In this document: positions 38,923 to 49,596 of the stretch, piece after piece
How the letters are laid out: every line of letters starts with the position of its first letter
How positions within the stretch are numbered: position 1 is the stretch's first letter
IMG/VR virus record: IMGVR_UViG_3300035507_000332
Reading direction: 5' to 3' (one strand)
Origin: a virus
Taxonomy: Duplodnaviria; Caudoviricetes
DNA length: 64,000 nucleotides
Position numbers and translations under genes: made by a program
The notes under the pieces: model-generated
The model's input: only the letters and a program-made list of their open reading frames with translations
Database searches by the model: none
What the model was told of the DNA's origin: nothing

Positions 38923-40275
38923 ATGAAGAAAAAGAAACAAAAGACGGCGCAACTGCCGCAAGTGTTCGATACAGAAGACGGCAAGAGATTATTACAAGCC
39001 TTCAGAGCAGGTAAAAACATCTTCTTGACAGGGTGTGGCGGTACAGGCAAGTCCTACCTCACCCGAAAACTCATCACCCATTGTGAGCCAGATACGTACG
39101 CAATCTCTGCCTCAACAGGGATTGCCGCAGTAAACATTGATGGGAAGACCTTGCACAAAACGCTAGGCATAGGCATTGGTCCGAAGAAAGACGAGACCTT
39201 CGAGAAATTTGAAGAATGGCTAGAAACTGGACCGATGAAGCGACGTCACTTGGCAGTCGTCAAGAGATTCAAGCACAGGCACATATTGTTTATCGACGAA
39301 ATTTCCATGGTAGACGAACGACTGTTCGACTTTGTGGAATTCCGCTTGCGAAAGATAAAAGGCAACGACCTACCCTTTGGAGGGATTCAGCTAGTAGTCA
39401 TTGGCGACTTCCTACAACTTGAGCCAGTAGAAAAGAATCTCCTAGAGCCAAGATTTGCTTTTGAATCTCAGGCGTGGAAGAAGGCAAACTTCGAGACCAT
39501 TTACCTGAAGAAAGTTTTCCGCCAAGAAGACAAAGCTTTTGTCGAACTCCTCGCACGAGTACGCACAGGCGAACAGACGCCACAAGACATCGAGAAACTC
39601 TCCTCACGGATAAAAGACGCCAAAGACGCCTCAGTAACACGAGTATTGACTCACAACGAAATGGTCAACCGTTACAACAAGGCACAGCTAGAGAAAATCG
39701 ACAAGCCCATTAAAACCTTCACAGCGGACATCGTAGGAGGTACAGAAGACCAACGCAACGAACTCATCCGCAACGTCCTTTCTCCCGACGTTCTGACACT
39801 CAAAGAAGGTGCAAAGGTAATGTTCACAGCCAACTCCCCGAAAGACAAATTCTTCAACGGAGAAATTGGCTACATCGAGTCAATGAAAGACTCAGAAACG
39901 ACAGGTCTACTAGAAGAAACAGCTGTATTGGTGAGACGAGAAGGAGATAAAAATCCAGTACGAGTTGAGCCTTACACATGGTACGCCGACAGAGAAGATC
40001 CACGAGCCGCCAGAATGACTCAAATTCCGCTTCGTTTAGCCTATGCGGTAACAGTCCACAAGAGCCAAGGAGTCACCCTCAAAGAAGCCCACGTAGACAT
40101 TTCCCGATGCTTTGCCAGAGGACAAGCTTACGTAGCCTTATCACGAGTCACAGGACTTGACGGATTGACGCTAGAAGAGTTCAGTCCGAACGTCATCCGC
40201 ACCCACAGAAAGTGCGTAGAATTCTACAAAACATTGGACGCTCAGTACTCCAGACCACAAGATGTGGTAGCATGA
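38923..40275 (+). CDS. PIF1-family SF1B DNA helicase
   Basis: GCGGTGKS, IDEISM, FGGIQLVVIGDFLQL, FRQED, TVHKSQG, GQAYVALSR. Confidence 0.93.
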   Translation: MKKKKQKTAQLPQVFDTEDGKRLLQAFRAGKNIFLTGCGGTGKSYLTRKLITHCEPDTYAISASTGIAAVNIDGKTLHKTLGIGIGPKKDETFEKFEEWLETGPMKRRHLAVVKRFKHRHILFIDEISMVDERLFDFVEFRLRKIKGNDLPFGGIQLVVIGDFLQLEPVEKNLLEPRFAFESQAWKKANFETIYLKKVFRQEDKAFVELLARVRTGEQTPQDIEKLSSRIKDAKDASVTRVLTHNEMVNRYNKAQLEKIDKPIKTFTADIVGGTEDQRNELIRNVLSPDVLTLKEGAKVMFTANSPKDKFFNGEIGYIESMKDSETTGLLEETAVLVRREGDKNPVRVEPYTWYADREDPRAARMTQIPLRLAYAVTVHKSQGVTLKEAHVDISRCFARGQAYVALSRVTGLDGLTLEEFSPNVIRTHRKCVEFYKTLDAQYSRPQDVVA

Positions 40276-40294
40276 AAATTTTTTTAGAAAAAAG

Positions 40295-40323
40295 TTGACG
40301 TTTCAAGGCGGATGTCATATAAT
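40295..40323 (+). promoter_or_regulatory. sigma70 promoter with 5' leader hairpin
   Basis: TTGACG-17-TATAAT followed by AGGGA-AAGCA-TCCCT. Confidence 0.8.
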
Positions 40324-40386
40324 ACGCAACGTTGACAGGGAAAGCATCCCTTGAAACAAATCGTCCAAATCAAACCAAGTCCTACC

Positions 40387-41085
40387 ATGATGACTGCCTC
40401 CGAAAGAGAAAAGTACCTCGCCGATAAGCTCGCAACCGCTATCTCCCTCGACCCAAGCGTTAAAGAAGCTTACGACTACATTGAATCCCGAAAGGAACTT
40501 CGCCGCGAAAACCCAGAAGACTCCTACCTTGCACGAGAAGAGCAAGAATTCCAGAACATCACCGACAAGGTGCTCAGTGGCTTCTCCCTCTACGACGAAC
40601 CTGCAAAATTCGGAGAATACTACAAGTTGGCCGCCTACATCCGAGAACGCATCGCCGCTTGCATCTGGCGTCACGGAATCACCAGTGGATATACCATGGT
40701 TGTCCGTGGCGAAATCGCCAAACACCTCATCGAGCTTGGCTACGACACAGCCGAGAACGACTTCTACGACATGGGGCTAGTTGGAATCCCAACCGACGCC
40801 GAAGAATTCTCTCTCTGCAACGTATGCCGAGGAGTGGAACTCCACGAAGACCACACCCGAGCAGCAAGACACGCTGTTGAAGTCATGAAGCCATGGAACA
40901 GGAACGTTCCAGACTTTACCGATAAGCTCTACACGCTCGCCAAGCTTGAAATGATGAACGGCATCCGCAATCATAAGAACCGTGCGCTCGCCGAACTCGA
41001 AGTCCAGGGCAAGATTGTCGAAATCGCCCAGGAGTTAGCACCTGCGGACGCCTTCGACGGAGACCTTGTTTTCAAGAAAGCCTAA
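40387..41085 (+). CDS. hypothetical protein
   Basis: start reassigned to ATG 40387. Confidence 0.7.
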   Translation: MMTASEREKYLADKLATAISLDPSVKEAYDYIESRKELRRENPEDSYLAREEQEFQNITDKVLSGFSLYDEPAKFGEYYKLAAYIRERIAACIWRHGITSGYTMVVRGEIAKHLIELGYDTAENDFYDMGLVGIPTDAEEFSLCNVCRGVELHEDHTRAARHAVEVMKPWNRNVPDFTDKLYTLAKLEMMNGIRNHKNRALAELEVQGKIVEIAQELAPADAFDGDLVFKKA

Positions 41086-41133
41086 CCAACCTAACGAGAG
41101 GGGAGCAATCCCCTCTCGCAACCAAACTCAACT

Positions 41134-41481
41134 ATGGAACTCCCACAAGTCACAAAAGAAGAAGTCCTCGCCCTATTAGCCACCAAGTCACGAGATGAAA
41201 TGTTTCAAGAAACAACATTGATTCTCCAGGAGGCATTCCAGAATCTGTACGTATCCTACAAGTACGCCTACGAACGCATCCGAGCAATGAACTCACTAGG
41301 CACGGAAAAGGCATTTGTAGTCGATTCTGCAACCGTCCTCATGAGCTTAGAGAAGCCGATGAACGACTTGTACGACTTCCTCACCAAGTACAAAGAAGAA
41401 ATCAACACAGTCAACAACTCATTCTACGGAAACCGCATCAAAGAAAAGAAGGCTAAGACGCCACGAAAACGAAAGAATTAA
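41134..41481 (+). CDS. hypothetical protein
   Basis: 115-aa ORF. Confidence 0.65.
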   Translation: MELPQVTKEEVLALLATKSRDEMFQETTLILQEAFQNLYVSYKYAYERIRAMNSLGTEKAFVVDSATVLMSLEKPMNDLYDFLTKYKEEINTVNNSFYGNRIKEKKAKTPRKRKN

Positions 41482-41484
41482 ACT

Positions 41485-42387
41485 ATGGACATCCAACGAT
41501 ACATCAGCATCCTAGAATCGACGGCAGACGCCTTAAATCTCGCCTACAGGACTCTCAGCGCAAACAAGTTCATCAAGCATGGGAACTACGTCTTAACTGC
41601 CGATACAGAAAGCTCCAGGTGGCAACTATTGCGCTCATTGATAGAGACAATGCGCCTGTGCGAAAATCAACGCCTTTGCGTCATCCAAGAATGGTTTGAA
41701 GAAGAGTTTGAAGCCGAACGCCAAAAGCGCAAAGAAATCTACGCCAAAGAAGCCAAGCAAGGCACAGAGCACGTAAGAATTACCGAAGACGTCATTCCAC
41801 GCTCAGAAGTCAAGGAGATGAGAGCAATCACCATTGAATTGCAGAATCTCCGAAATCGAATCTCCGACATGCGCAAAAACGACACCAAGAAGATTCAGCT
41901 CCTTAGTGAGCAAGAACACGAACTCTCCGTCAAGGAATGGGAAGCGCAGAAAGCACTAGTCATCAAGGCATTGGACAAAGTAGGCAAGACACGCTTTTAT
42001 GCCGAAGAATCCACCGACGAAGTAGTGGAAATGAAAACGCTCATCAAGAGTGACTTCAGTTCGCTACTAGGGTTTGACGACTACCGAGACGAAAACGGAC
42101 GCAACCTAGCAACCTGCGCAGTTTGCGTATTATCAGCAGGTTGGGGGCTATTGCTGAATGGTGAACTCAAGCACTACCGAGACGAAACTCTCTTTGAAAC
42201 CAAAGATGGTGCAAGAGAATGGCTCATCCACTACAACTACCTGAAGAAAAAACAGCAGGAAGTCGAGGAAGCCAAGTCCAACATTTGCGAAGAACTCCAC
42301 CGACGACTCTTTGAAGAGCCAGGCGAATCATATCCCTACCGCCAAGAAGCAGATCGAGTCCAAAATTCAGACAAGGAAGGAGATTAG
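41485..42387 (+). CDS. coiled-coil hypothetical protein (paralog A)
   Basis: YIS..EST.DALNLAY shared with the next gene. Confidence 0.7.
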   Translation: MDIQRYISILESTADALNLAYRTLSANKFIKHGNYVLTADTESSRWQLLRSLIETMRLCENQRLCVIQEWFEEEFEAERQKRKEIYAKEAKQGTEHVRITEDVIPRSEVKEMRAITIELQNLRNRISDMRKNDTKKIQLLSEQEHELSVKEWEAQKALVIKALDKVGKTRFYAEESTDEVVEMKTLIKSDFSSLLGFDDYRDENGRNLATCAVCVLSAGWGLLLNGELKHYRDETLFETKDGAREWLIHYNYLKKKQQEVEEAKSNICEELHRRLFEEPGESYPYRQEADRVQNSDKEGD

Positions 42388-42389
42388 AT

Positions 42390-43238
42390 ATGAACTCAGA
42401 CAAGTACCTACATACAATTAGCAGCACGATCGACGCACTCAACCTAGCGTACGCCGAGATAAACAAGTTCGAGACGCTAAAGCACGAATTTTTCGATTTA
42501 ACGAGGGATACGAGTGAATCCAGACAATTAGCCCTGAAAAAGCTAAAACGAGCTTCTGGGGCATGCGAGAGGCTTAGAATCGCATTTATGAAGGACATGC
42601 TCCAAGAAGCCGAGGCTGAAGACAGAAAATCACGAGCCGAGCAATACATCGCCAACCAGGCACGTATTATCAAAAACGTCTCAGACATTACAGACGCCGA
42701 GAAAGTCTCCGAGCTAAAGCAAATTTCCGAAGAGCTGAACAATCTCTCGCAAAAGATAGGAGACATGCGCAAGAATTTCTCCAAGAAAATCGACCCACTG
42801 GAACAAGAAATTAGAGACCTACAAGCCAAAGCAGGAATTCTCAAAGACGAAATCCTCCGAGAAGTTCTTGAGCAACATGGTCAAGAAGTCTACTGTGTAG
42901 ATGCTGACACAAGAAACGTCATCCCACTGAAGATTTTGCCAAAGACGATGTTCCATGGGCCGAGACCCTTGCCCGATCCGCTAGTAGACTTCCTGTACAT
43001 AGCAGTTAGCCACGTAGGATTGACAAGAGACGGTCAAATTAAAAACTACCACGAAGACTTGACGTACGACTCCGAGGAGAAAGCCAAGGAATACGCCAAG
43101 CGACAAGAATACCTCAAAGAAAAACAACAAGAGATCGACAACGGACTAACAACCATCGACGAAGAATTCGCACGCAGGTTGCACCATCCCGAAGAGATTT
43201 ACCGTAAATCACAAACAACCGACGATATATATGATTAA
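42390..43238 (+). CDS. coiled-coil hypothetical protein (paralog B)
   Basis: shares DALNLAY, DMRKN and GL..G..K.Y motifs with the previous gene. Confidence 0.7.
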   Translation: MNSDKYLHTISSTIDALNLAYAEINKFETLKHEFFDLTRDTSESRQLALKKLKRASGACERLRIAFMKDMLQEAEAEDRKSRAEQYIANQARIIKNVSDITDAEKVSELKQISEELNNLSQKIGDMRKNFSKKIDPLEQEIRDLQAKAGILKDEILREVLEQHGQEVYCVDADTRNVIPLKILPKTMFHGPRPLPDPLVDFLYIAVSHVGLTRDGQIKNYHEDLTYDSEEKAKEYAKRQEYLKEKQQEIDNGLTTIDEEFARRLHHPEEIYRKSQTTDDIYD

Positions 43239-43899
43239 GCTTATTCCTCAATCCGTGCAAATCCTCACTTCTAAAGAAGAATTAGAAAATGGGGTAAAAA
43301 GAATAGAGACAATGGGTAGAATTTGTTGGCAATCCGAGCCGAAGTACGAAGATTCCACGATTCCGTTCGTCAAGATGCTGATTGGACGACACCACGAAAG
43401 CGTCTTGGAACACGCCACGTTGTCCGTAATACTGGAAACAGATCGAGCAACCGCCAACCAGTTGGTACGCCACAGACTCTGCTCATTCTCACAAGAGAGC
43501 CAGAGATATTGTTGCTATACGAACGCCAAGTTTGCAAGTTGCCTGACTGTTATTAAGCCTCAAAATTGGGATACCGTGAGCAACGAGTACCACGAAAAAT
43601 TCGAGAGCGTATGTGACAACGCCTTCCTAGCCTACCAAGAAGCATTGATGCAGAAGGTAAAGCCAGAGGAAGCTCGACGATTGTTGCCTAATGCCACCAA
43701 GACACAAATTGGCGTAACGGCAAATATCCGAGAATGGCGTCACGTATTCAAGGAACGACTTTGTTCCGCAGCCGAGCCACAGACGAGGGCATTGATTTTT
43801 GGTGTGTACAATTGGCTTAAGGGCAACGGTTTTGAGTACCTCATCGAGGACATTGAAACCTCCGACAAGGGTATTAACGAATACCCAGTCATCAAGTAA
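43231..43899 (+). CDS. thyX: FAD-dependent thymidylate synthase
   Basis: HESVLEH, QLVRHR..SFSQESQRY, EEARRLLPNA, NIREWRH. Confidence 0.95.
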   Translation: MIKLIPQSVQILTSKEELENGVKRIETMGRICWQSEPKYEDSTIPFVKMLIGRHHESVLEHATLSVILETDRATANQLVRHRLCSFSQESQRYCCYTNAKFASCLTVIKPQNWDTVSNEYHEKFESVCDNAFLAYQEALMQKVKPEEARRLLPNATKTQIGVTANIREWRHVFKERLCSAAEPQTRALIFGVYNWLKGNGFEYLIEDIETSDKGINEYPVIK

Positions 43900-43908
43900 C
43901 CACCATAA

Positions 43909-44712
43909 ATGAAGATAGCACTAGTTCAACTAGCTTTAGGAGAATTCTACTACCAGAGTTGGGACAGCTTCCACTCACTCACAAAGCAGAATTTCTTGCC
44001 AAACCACGATGTAACCATTCATCTGTTCACAGATGCCGAAAAAGTAGCGGTGAGGAAAGGGGTTGAGCTACACAAAATATCTTCCAGAAAATGGCCAGAG
44101 CCAACGTTTCTGAAGTACAGCTGTGTTTTACAGGCAATCAAGGATAATGAATACGATTACGTCTACTACCTAGATTCCGACAACGTTTGTGAAGCACCTG
44201 TACCAGAAGCGTTGGCGAAGGACGACTTCTCAATCATCTCACCAACCTCCTGGGGAGCTAAGTATGCAGGAGCATTTTTTGGAGGCAAAACCAAGTTTGT
44301 GACAAAGTTTTGCAAGTTAGTCCAAAAAGAAGTAGATAAAATTTTCCGAGGTGAGAAGTTCCCCGACCGAGAAAATGACGAGGAACTTATGTGTAAATGT
44401 GAAGTGTTGGGGTGTAACGTTACCACGTACCCACTCAACGACGTCTTCTGTTGGTACATCCATGGGAACGACCATAGTAATTTTTGGATATCACAAGCCG
44501 AAAAAGACTTCGTAAAGTCCCACGGATACGACATGTATGTAGACTTTGGATTCCTTAAGGGTGAAGCTCTTATTAACGAGAATCTGAAGCTTATTTGCGT
44601 GCTGGACTACAAGTCCTATTCAACGTACGGACGACTTGAGCAGATTGCGCCGAAAAGATATCGGATTACGTGGCAGGACACAGATCTTGGAATTAGCTAC
44701 TTGGATGTATGA
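43909..44712 (+). CDS. GT6 glycosyltransferase 1 (ABO/alpha-1,3-Gal-like)
   Basis: FTD, WPEPTFLKY, YYLDSD, YAGAFFGG, NDEE. Confidence 0.8.
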   Translation: MKIALVQLALGEFYYQSWDSFHSLTKQNFLPNHDVTIHLFTDAEKVAVRKGVELHKISSRKWPEPTFLKYSCVLQAIKDNEYDYVYYLDSDNVCEAPVPEALAKDDFSIISPTSWGAKYAGAFFGGKTKFVTKFCKLVQKEVDKIFRGEKFPDRENDEELMCKCEVLGCNVTTYPLNDVFCWYIHGNDHSNFWISQAEKDFVKSHGYDMYVDFGFLKGEALINENLKLICVLDYKSYSTYGRLEQIAPKRYRITWQDTDLGISYLDV

Positions 44713-45509
44713 AAATAGCCGTCGTGCAACTAGGCGTCAATAGGATGTACTATGATTTGTGCGACTCCTATTATTCCACGAATAAAGAGAATTTCTTCCC
44801 TGACGAAGAGGTCGATTTTTACATTTTCACCAACGTAAAGCCGACAGTTGCCAGAAGAGGGCAATATGTTTTTGTCAAAGATTACGAAGGTGTATGGCCA
44901 GAGCCGACCTTTAGGAAGTTTGAGTGTATCCTAGAGGCCATAGAGCGTAAGGAATACGACCGAGTTTTCTACTTAGATGCTGACAATTGTTTTTTGAGAA
45001 GAGCTTTGCTCCGAAAGGAATTCCTAGAGAACGATTTTTCTATTATCTCTCCTACTAGGTGGGGAGTAAAATACGGAGGGATGTTCTGGGGAGGCAAAAC
45101 CAAGTACGTAAAACAGTTTTGTGAGTATGTAAAAAGACGATGCGACAGAATCTTAGAAGCCAAAGAACTCCCTCTTAGAAATAACGACGAAGAATATTTC
45201 TATTGGCTAGACAGCGCAGGATTCAAAGTGACGAAATATTCTTACGACGAAGTTTTTGACGAAGGAGGCAAGAAATGGCTCTACCAGATTCCGAAGGATT
45301 TTCAGCAAGCCCACAGTCATAGAATATACATCGACTATGGCTTTGTGAGAGGATACGCAGCAATCAACTATTCAATGAAGCTGATATCAGTCCACGAGAC
45401 GCATTCTCTTTCTATTTACGGCCGTCTTGAAAATTTAGCAGAAGGGGTATATTCAATTACATGGCAGAATCCACAATTTCCTAACAGCTTATTAGACTTG
45501 AGGAAATGA
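44709..45509 (+). CDS. GT6 glycosyltransferase 2
   Basis: WPEPTFRKF, FYLDAD, YGGMFWGG, NDEE. Confidence 0.8.
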   Translation: MKIAVVQLGVNRMYYDLCDSYYSTNKENFFPDEEVDFYIFTNVKPTVARRGQYVFVKDYEGVWPEPTFRKFECILEAIERKEYDRVFYLDADNCFLRRALLRKEFLENDFSIISPTRWGVKYGGMFWGGKTKYVKQFCEYVKRRCDRILEAKELPLRNNDEEYFYWLDSAGFKVTKYSYDEVFDEGGKKWLYQIPKDFQQAHSHRIYIDYGFVRGYAAINYSMKLISVHETHSLSIYGRLENLAEGVYSITWQNPQFPNSLLDLRK

Positions 45510-46336
45510 AAATTGCGCTTATACGAGTAGCCACTGGAGAAAAGTATTGGAGCTTTTACGACCACTTCTACGAAATCACGAGGGAAAACTTCTTCCCTGA
45601 ACATGAGTTGCACACTCATGTATTCACAGATTGCGACAGAGTTACGCCAAGGAAGAATCAGATAGTGCATAAAGTATCATCTGATATCCGATGGCCAGAG
45701 CCATGCTTCAGGCGTTACGAATGGACGCTAGAGGCAATGGAGAGCGACGACTACGACTACGTTTACATGATGGACGTTGACAATTTTGTAGACGTTCGAC
45801 CACCAGAAGCTCTGATACAAGAACCATTCTGCATTGTTAGTCCCACAGAATGGCGTGTATTGTATGGCGGAGGATTCTGGGGAGGATTAACGGAGTTTGT
45901 CAGGAGATTTTGCCTGAAGATGAAAGCCGACATCGACGAAATCTTCAACTTCAACAGGCTACCAAGCGATGCCAACGACGAAGAGTTTCTGTATCATTGC
46001 GAGGAGCTAGGATGCAAAGTAAAGAAATTCCATTGGTCAGTTATACACAGAGACCTAAAATGGTCGCCTTGCTCTCAGAAATGGATGATACAAGTTGGCA
46101 AAGACATGCTAGTCGATAGAAAGTTCCAACATAAGGAAGATTGCGACTTTGGATTCTTCAAAGGGCCAGTTCTGATAAACGAACGAATGAGGGTTGTTTT
46201 ATGCTTTGAAAAGCGAAGCTTCAACCACTACGGAAGGTACGAAGAAATCGAGCCAGGCAAGCTCAAAATCACTTGGCAGGAAGAGCAGTATGGGGTAAGC
46301 TACCTAGACCTAAATGCAACAAAAGATAATAATTAG
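45506..46336 (+). CDS. GT6 glycosyltransferase 3
   Basis: VATGEKY, VFTD, MDVD, YGGGFWGG, NDEE. Confidence 0.85.
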   Translation: MKIALIRVATGEKYWSFYDHFYEITRENFFPEHELHTHVFTDCDRVTPRKNQIVHKVSSDIRWPEPCFRRYEWTLEAMESDDYDYVYMMDVDNFVDVRPPEALIQEPFCIVSPTEWRVLYGGGFWGGLTEFVRRFCLKMKADIDEIFNFNRLPSDANDEEFLYHCEELGCKVKKFHWSVIHRDLKWSPCSQKWMIQVGKDMLVDRKFQHKEDCDFGFFKGPVLINERMRVVLCFEKRSFNHYGRYEEIEPGKLKITWQEEQYGVSYLDLNATKDNN

Positions 46337-47780
46337 AGGGACGGAATACACAACAGTAGCCGAAGCGGCAAAAGCTACAGGAGTAGCACGGACTGCAATG
46401 GACAAATTCTTCCGTCGGCAGGGAGGATTTGCGTACGAAGATGCGGTAGCGAGAGGAGACATCAAGTTAATTGTCAATGGTGAGCAAGTAGACACGATGC
46501 TATTTCTTCCCGAACTTACCGACCGAACGAGAGAATCAGCCAACAAAGAGGTTGTACTCAAAGCTTCCAACCTAGAAAACGGCAAAGGAGAAATCCACAT
46601 CGACACAATTTGGTGCGACAAAAAGAAGTTCAGAAGCTACCGCCAGTTGATGAAGTATCTAAACGCCGACAGCAGGAGGACACAAACAATTTGCCAAGTG
46701 ATAAAGCTGTACGGCAAAAAGCTCACCACAAAGAAGTACCGAGAGGCTATCGACAAAAAAGGGTACGCACTCATTGACGGAGAACTTCTTAGCTACGAAG
46801 AAGCCTACGAGAGGTACGGCATGACAGAAAAGAAATTCTTTACGAGCTATGGGACAATTGTATTTCACAAAGGTAAACCAGGGAGCAAGATGAAAGACAT
46901 CACGCTCAATGGCAAAAAAGTTTGGGGAAGACAGATAGCCAGAGACTACGGAATTCCCTACTCACGAGTTCTCAAGTATGTAGACAAGCGAGGAATCACC
47001 AACATTACAGACGAAGACATCGAGAAGCTCAAACGCCTTAAGCATTGCAAGAGAATAGAGGTAGAGTTCAAGGGCATGAGCTTCTGTTCCATGAAAGAAT
47101 TCACGAAGGTGTTTCCGTCAAAGAACGTCTACAAAAAGCTCAAGAAATTCATCTGCGATGGCGAGGAAGTCTCCTACGGAAGTTTGCCATTCAACTACAA
47201 AGGCCAAACCTACACATTCTCAAAGGGTCAAGACCCCGATACCGTCGAGGAAATGAGAGCGGTAATTGACAGTATCGACCACGTGAGGTACGTACCATTT
47301 GAAGAAGTAGAGCGAAGAGTCCGACATCTCTACCTATGCGACTCGAATTTCTACTCTGCATTGTCAAAGTACAAGCACCCGAAGGTGAGGCTATTTGACA
47401 TCGAATCCTTGCTACAGTACAAACCCATACAAAAGCACGAAGGTATGTGCAGTTTATACTCAGCAAGTAAAATCCGAGCAGGTGAAATTAAAGAAAAGCT
47501 GGGAATCGACGAGCCACAGATTTTTTCACTGTATGCGAACTTAATTTTTGGCAAGCGACTAAAGCGAGAGAAGCCCATCTGCGTTAAACGAGGCACGCAA
47601 AAAGCAATTTTGTACCCACAAGAGGCAATCCTGGAGTTTATAGATGAAATCCTGGAGAGCTACACAGGCGAAGAATTCAAGGAAATTGCGCTAAGAGAAA
47701 CCAGTAGGCGCAAGAACAAGATAATTTTTGATTCAGAATTTCCATCTTATAAAGTTCTTGCCGAGGGAGAGCTATATTAA
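46314..47780 (+). CDS. basic protein with repeated small DNA-binding-like modules
   Basis: GTEYTTVAEAAKATG and similar repeats; K-rich. Confidence 0.5.
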   Translation: MQQKIIIRGTEYTTVAEAAKATGVARTAMDKFFRRQGGFAYEDAVARGDIKLIVNGEQVDTMLFLPELTDRTRESANKEVVLKASNLENGKGEIHIDTIWCDKKKFRSYRQLMKYLNADSRRTQTICQVIKLYGKKLTTKKYREAIDKKGYALIDGELLSYEEAYERYGMTEKKFFTSYGTIVFHKGKPGSKMKDITLNGKKVWGRQIARDYGIPYSRVLKYVDKRGITNITDEDIEKLKRLKHCKRIEVEFKGMSFCSMKEFTKVFPSKNVYKKLKKFICDGEEVSYGSLPFNYKGQTYTFSKGQDPDTVEEMRAVIDSIDHVRYVPFEEVERRVRHLYLCDSNFYSALSKYKHPKVRLFDIESLLQYKPIQKHEGMCSLYSASKIRAGEIKEKLGIDEPQIFSLYANLIFGKRLKREKPICVKRGTQKAILYPQEAILEFIDEILESYTGEEFKEIALRETSRRKNKIIFDSEFPSYKVLAEGELY

Positions 47781-47821
47781 GTTGACAAACCGCCAAGGAG
47801 AATGATAAACTCCTTGACGAA

Positions 47822-48124
47822 ATGTTTCTAGAGGTTAAACCAACCAAGTTAAAGAGTTTGCAGAAGTACGACTTCCGTAAACTTGGATTGTACCCTAGTG
47901 ACAACTACTGCGATTTGGAGACCTTTTGTTTGTATGCAGAAGTCGAGGCTAAAGACTTGTATTTGGCAATTGAGCAGGGAAAGTTGCCCACGTGGGGAAT
48001 TAGGTATTATCGAGAAGAAGTGGACAACAGCTACAGAATTGAGATGAACGAGTCAATTTGTGAGTTCATTCTTGAGAACGTATGCCAGAGAGACTTCTCA
48101 CTCAAAATTTGGCTAGGGATTTGA
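47822..48124 (+). CDS. hypothetical protein
   Basis: 100-aa ORF. Confidence 0.55.
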   Translation: MFLEVKPTKLKSLQKYDFRKLGLYPSDNYCDLETFCLYAEVEAKDLYLAIEQGKLPTWGIRYYREEVDNSYRIEMNESICEFILENVCQRDFSLKIWLGI

Positions 48125-48128
48125 AGGC

Positions 48129-48482
48129 ATGGAATACAACTGGAGAATAGAGTACGAAGATTCAGCAGGAAAGCACGTAGCTTTTGCCGTAACGAAGGAG
48201 AAAGCCAACGAGATAGCTAGACTCCTACGCAAGCAAGAAACCGTCAGGAGAGCAAAGGTACTCCGTAATTTTCAAAATTCCCATACGCACAACGAGCCAG
48301 ACCCATTGTCTATTTCCAAGCGAAAGGTTTGGGTAGTCTACTTTGTGAGGAGGGTAGAAGGTGAAACCAAGACGTCAATTGAGCTGTACGAGGACTTCCG
48401 AGACGCTGAAGAAGAAGCTCAGAAACTCAAAGACTTATGCCGATCTGGGAGGGTTTTTCTCTTCGACAAGGAAATAAATTGA
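48129..48482 (+). CDS. hypothetical protein
   Basis: 117-aa ORF. Confidence 0.55.
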   Translation: MEYNWRIEYEDSAGKHVAFAVTKEKANEIARLLRKQETVRRAKVLRNFQNSHTHNEPDPLSISKRKVWVVYFVRRVEGETKTSIELYEDFRDAEEEAQKLKDLCRSGRVFLFDKEIN

Positions 48483-48502
48483 GAGAAAATTCTAAAAAAT
48501 TA

Positions 48503-48531
48503 TTGACTTTGTAAGAGACCTCCCTTATAAT
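48503..48531 (+). promoter_or_regulatory. sigma70 promoter for a leaderless gene
   Basis: TTGACT-17-TATAAT, 6 nt before ATG 48538. Confidence 0.85.
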
Positions 48532-48537
48532 ACGTCC

Positions 48538-49596
48538 ATGTCCTACAACCAAGACCCACAATCCGCAGTCGCTTCCTTCAAGTTCACCACAGCTAAAAAC
48601 CCTGTGTACCGCAAGAAGTTTGAAAGCGACATTCCAGAAGAACTTGAAACCCCACTTGTAAACGAAGGCCTCGTCCTTGGCGACAAGATGAAGGCATTCA
48701 AGCCTAAGAGCAAGAAGCTTGAAGAAATCCTCTTGCCTTGTTCGTTCGCAATGAGCTACACCCCACATGGTACGCACTTTCCTTTTGGCGCATGTGAAGA
48801 CTATCTCCTTGTAACGAACGGAATGGCTGTTATGTACATCAAGAAGAGTCTCATCAACGACCCCGAAGGGAAGTACAACAGCGGAATTTTCTATCCTGCT
48901 ACCGATAGTACCAAGGTTAAGTTCTACGACGACGAACAAGGAGCAACCAACGTCATCAACAACGCCTACAAAATGGCTAAGAACTGCCTGTTCTGGGGAG
49001 ATATCCCTTCAAGAGTCATGCACAAGACGACTATTGGCGTTGAAGATATCCCTACTCTCTCGAAGGGTGCTGAAATGTGGTACAGACAAACTAAGGCACG
49101 TGGTGGCAGAATCGTCAGCTTGGGCTTAAAGCTCGATGATAGCGTAACTATTCTCCTTAGTTCCTACATGGAAATGGTCAAGGCTCTCTTCTCACTCATT
49201 GGTGACAAGGATTTGCGTCTTGAATCTTCTCACTACATCCGCCCAGGAGACGAAGACAAGAAAGTTGGTTTAGTCTCATTCCGTGGGGTTGGCTATAGCG
49301 AAGGAGATTTTGGCATCTTTGGTATGTGCGACCTCAAGCCAGGCAACCACATTTGCGTACGTCTCGATGGCAAGGGACAACAAGCAGGTGACTACCTCAA
49401 GAAGAACACTAGAGACTACGTAAAGCCTGTTGTAGTAGCCAAGGTTGAGAATAGCTTTGTGACGGTACTTTCAACAGCAGCTCCTAGTTGTAACTACGAC
49501 CCGAAGACACGCCAGTTGTATCCATGGGAAATCAACATTGACGAAGCAACAGCTCGAGTCCTCTACGAAGAACTTAAATACCGCTTTGAAAAGTGA
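48538..49596 (+). CDS. hypothetical protein
   Basis: 352-aa ORF. Confidence 0.7.
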   Translation: MSYNQDPQSAVASFKFTTAKNPVYRKKFESDIPEELETPLVNEGLVLGDKMKAFKPKSKKLEEILLPCSFAMSYTPHGTHFPFGACEDYLLVTNGMAVMYIKKSLINDPEGKYNSGIFYPATDSTKVKFYDDEQGATNVINNAYKMAKNCLFWGDIPSRVMHKTTIGVEDIPTLSKGAEMWYRQTKARGGRIVSLGLKLDDSVTILLSSYMEMVKALFSLIGDKDLRLESSHYIRPGDEDKKVGLVSFRGVGYSEGDFGIFGMCDLKPGNHICVRLDGKGQQAGDYLKKNTRDYVKPVVVAKVENSFVTVLSTAAPSCNYDPKTRQLYPWEINIDEATARVLYEELKYRFEK

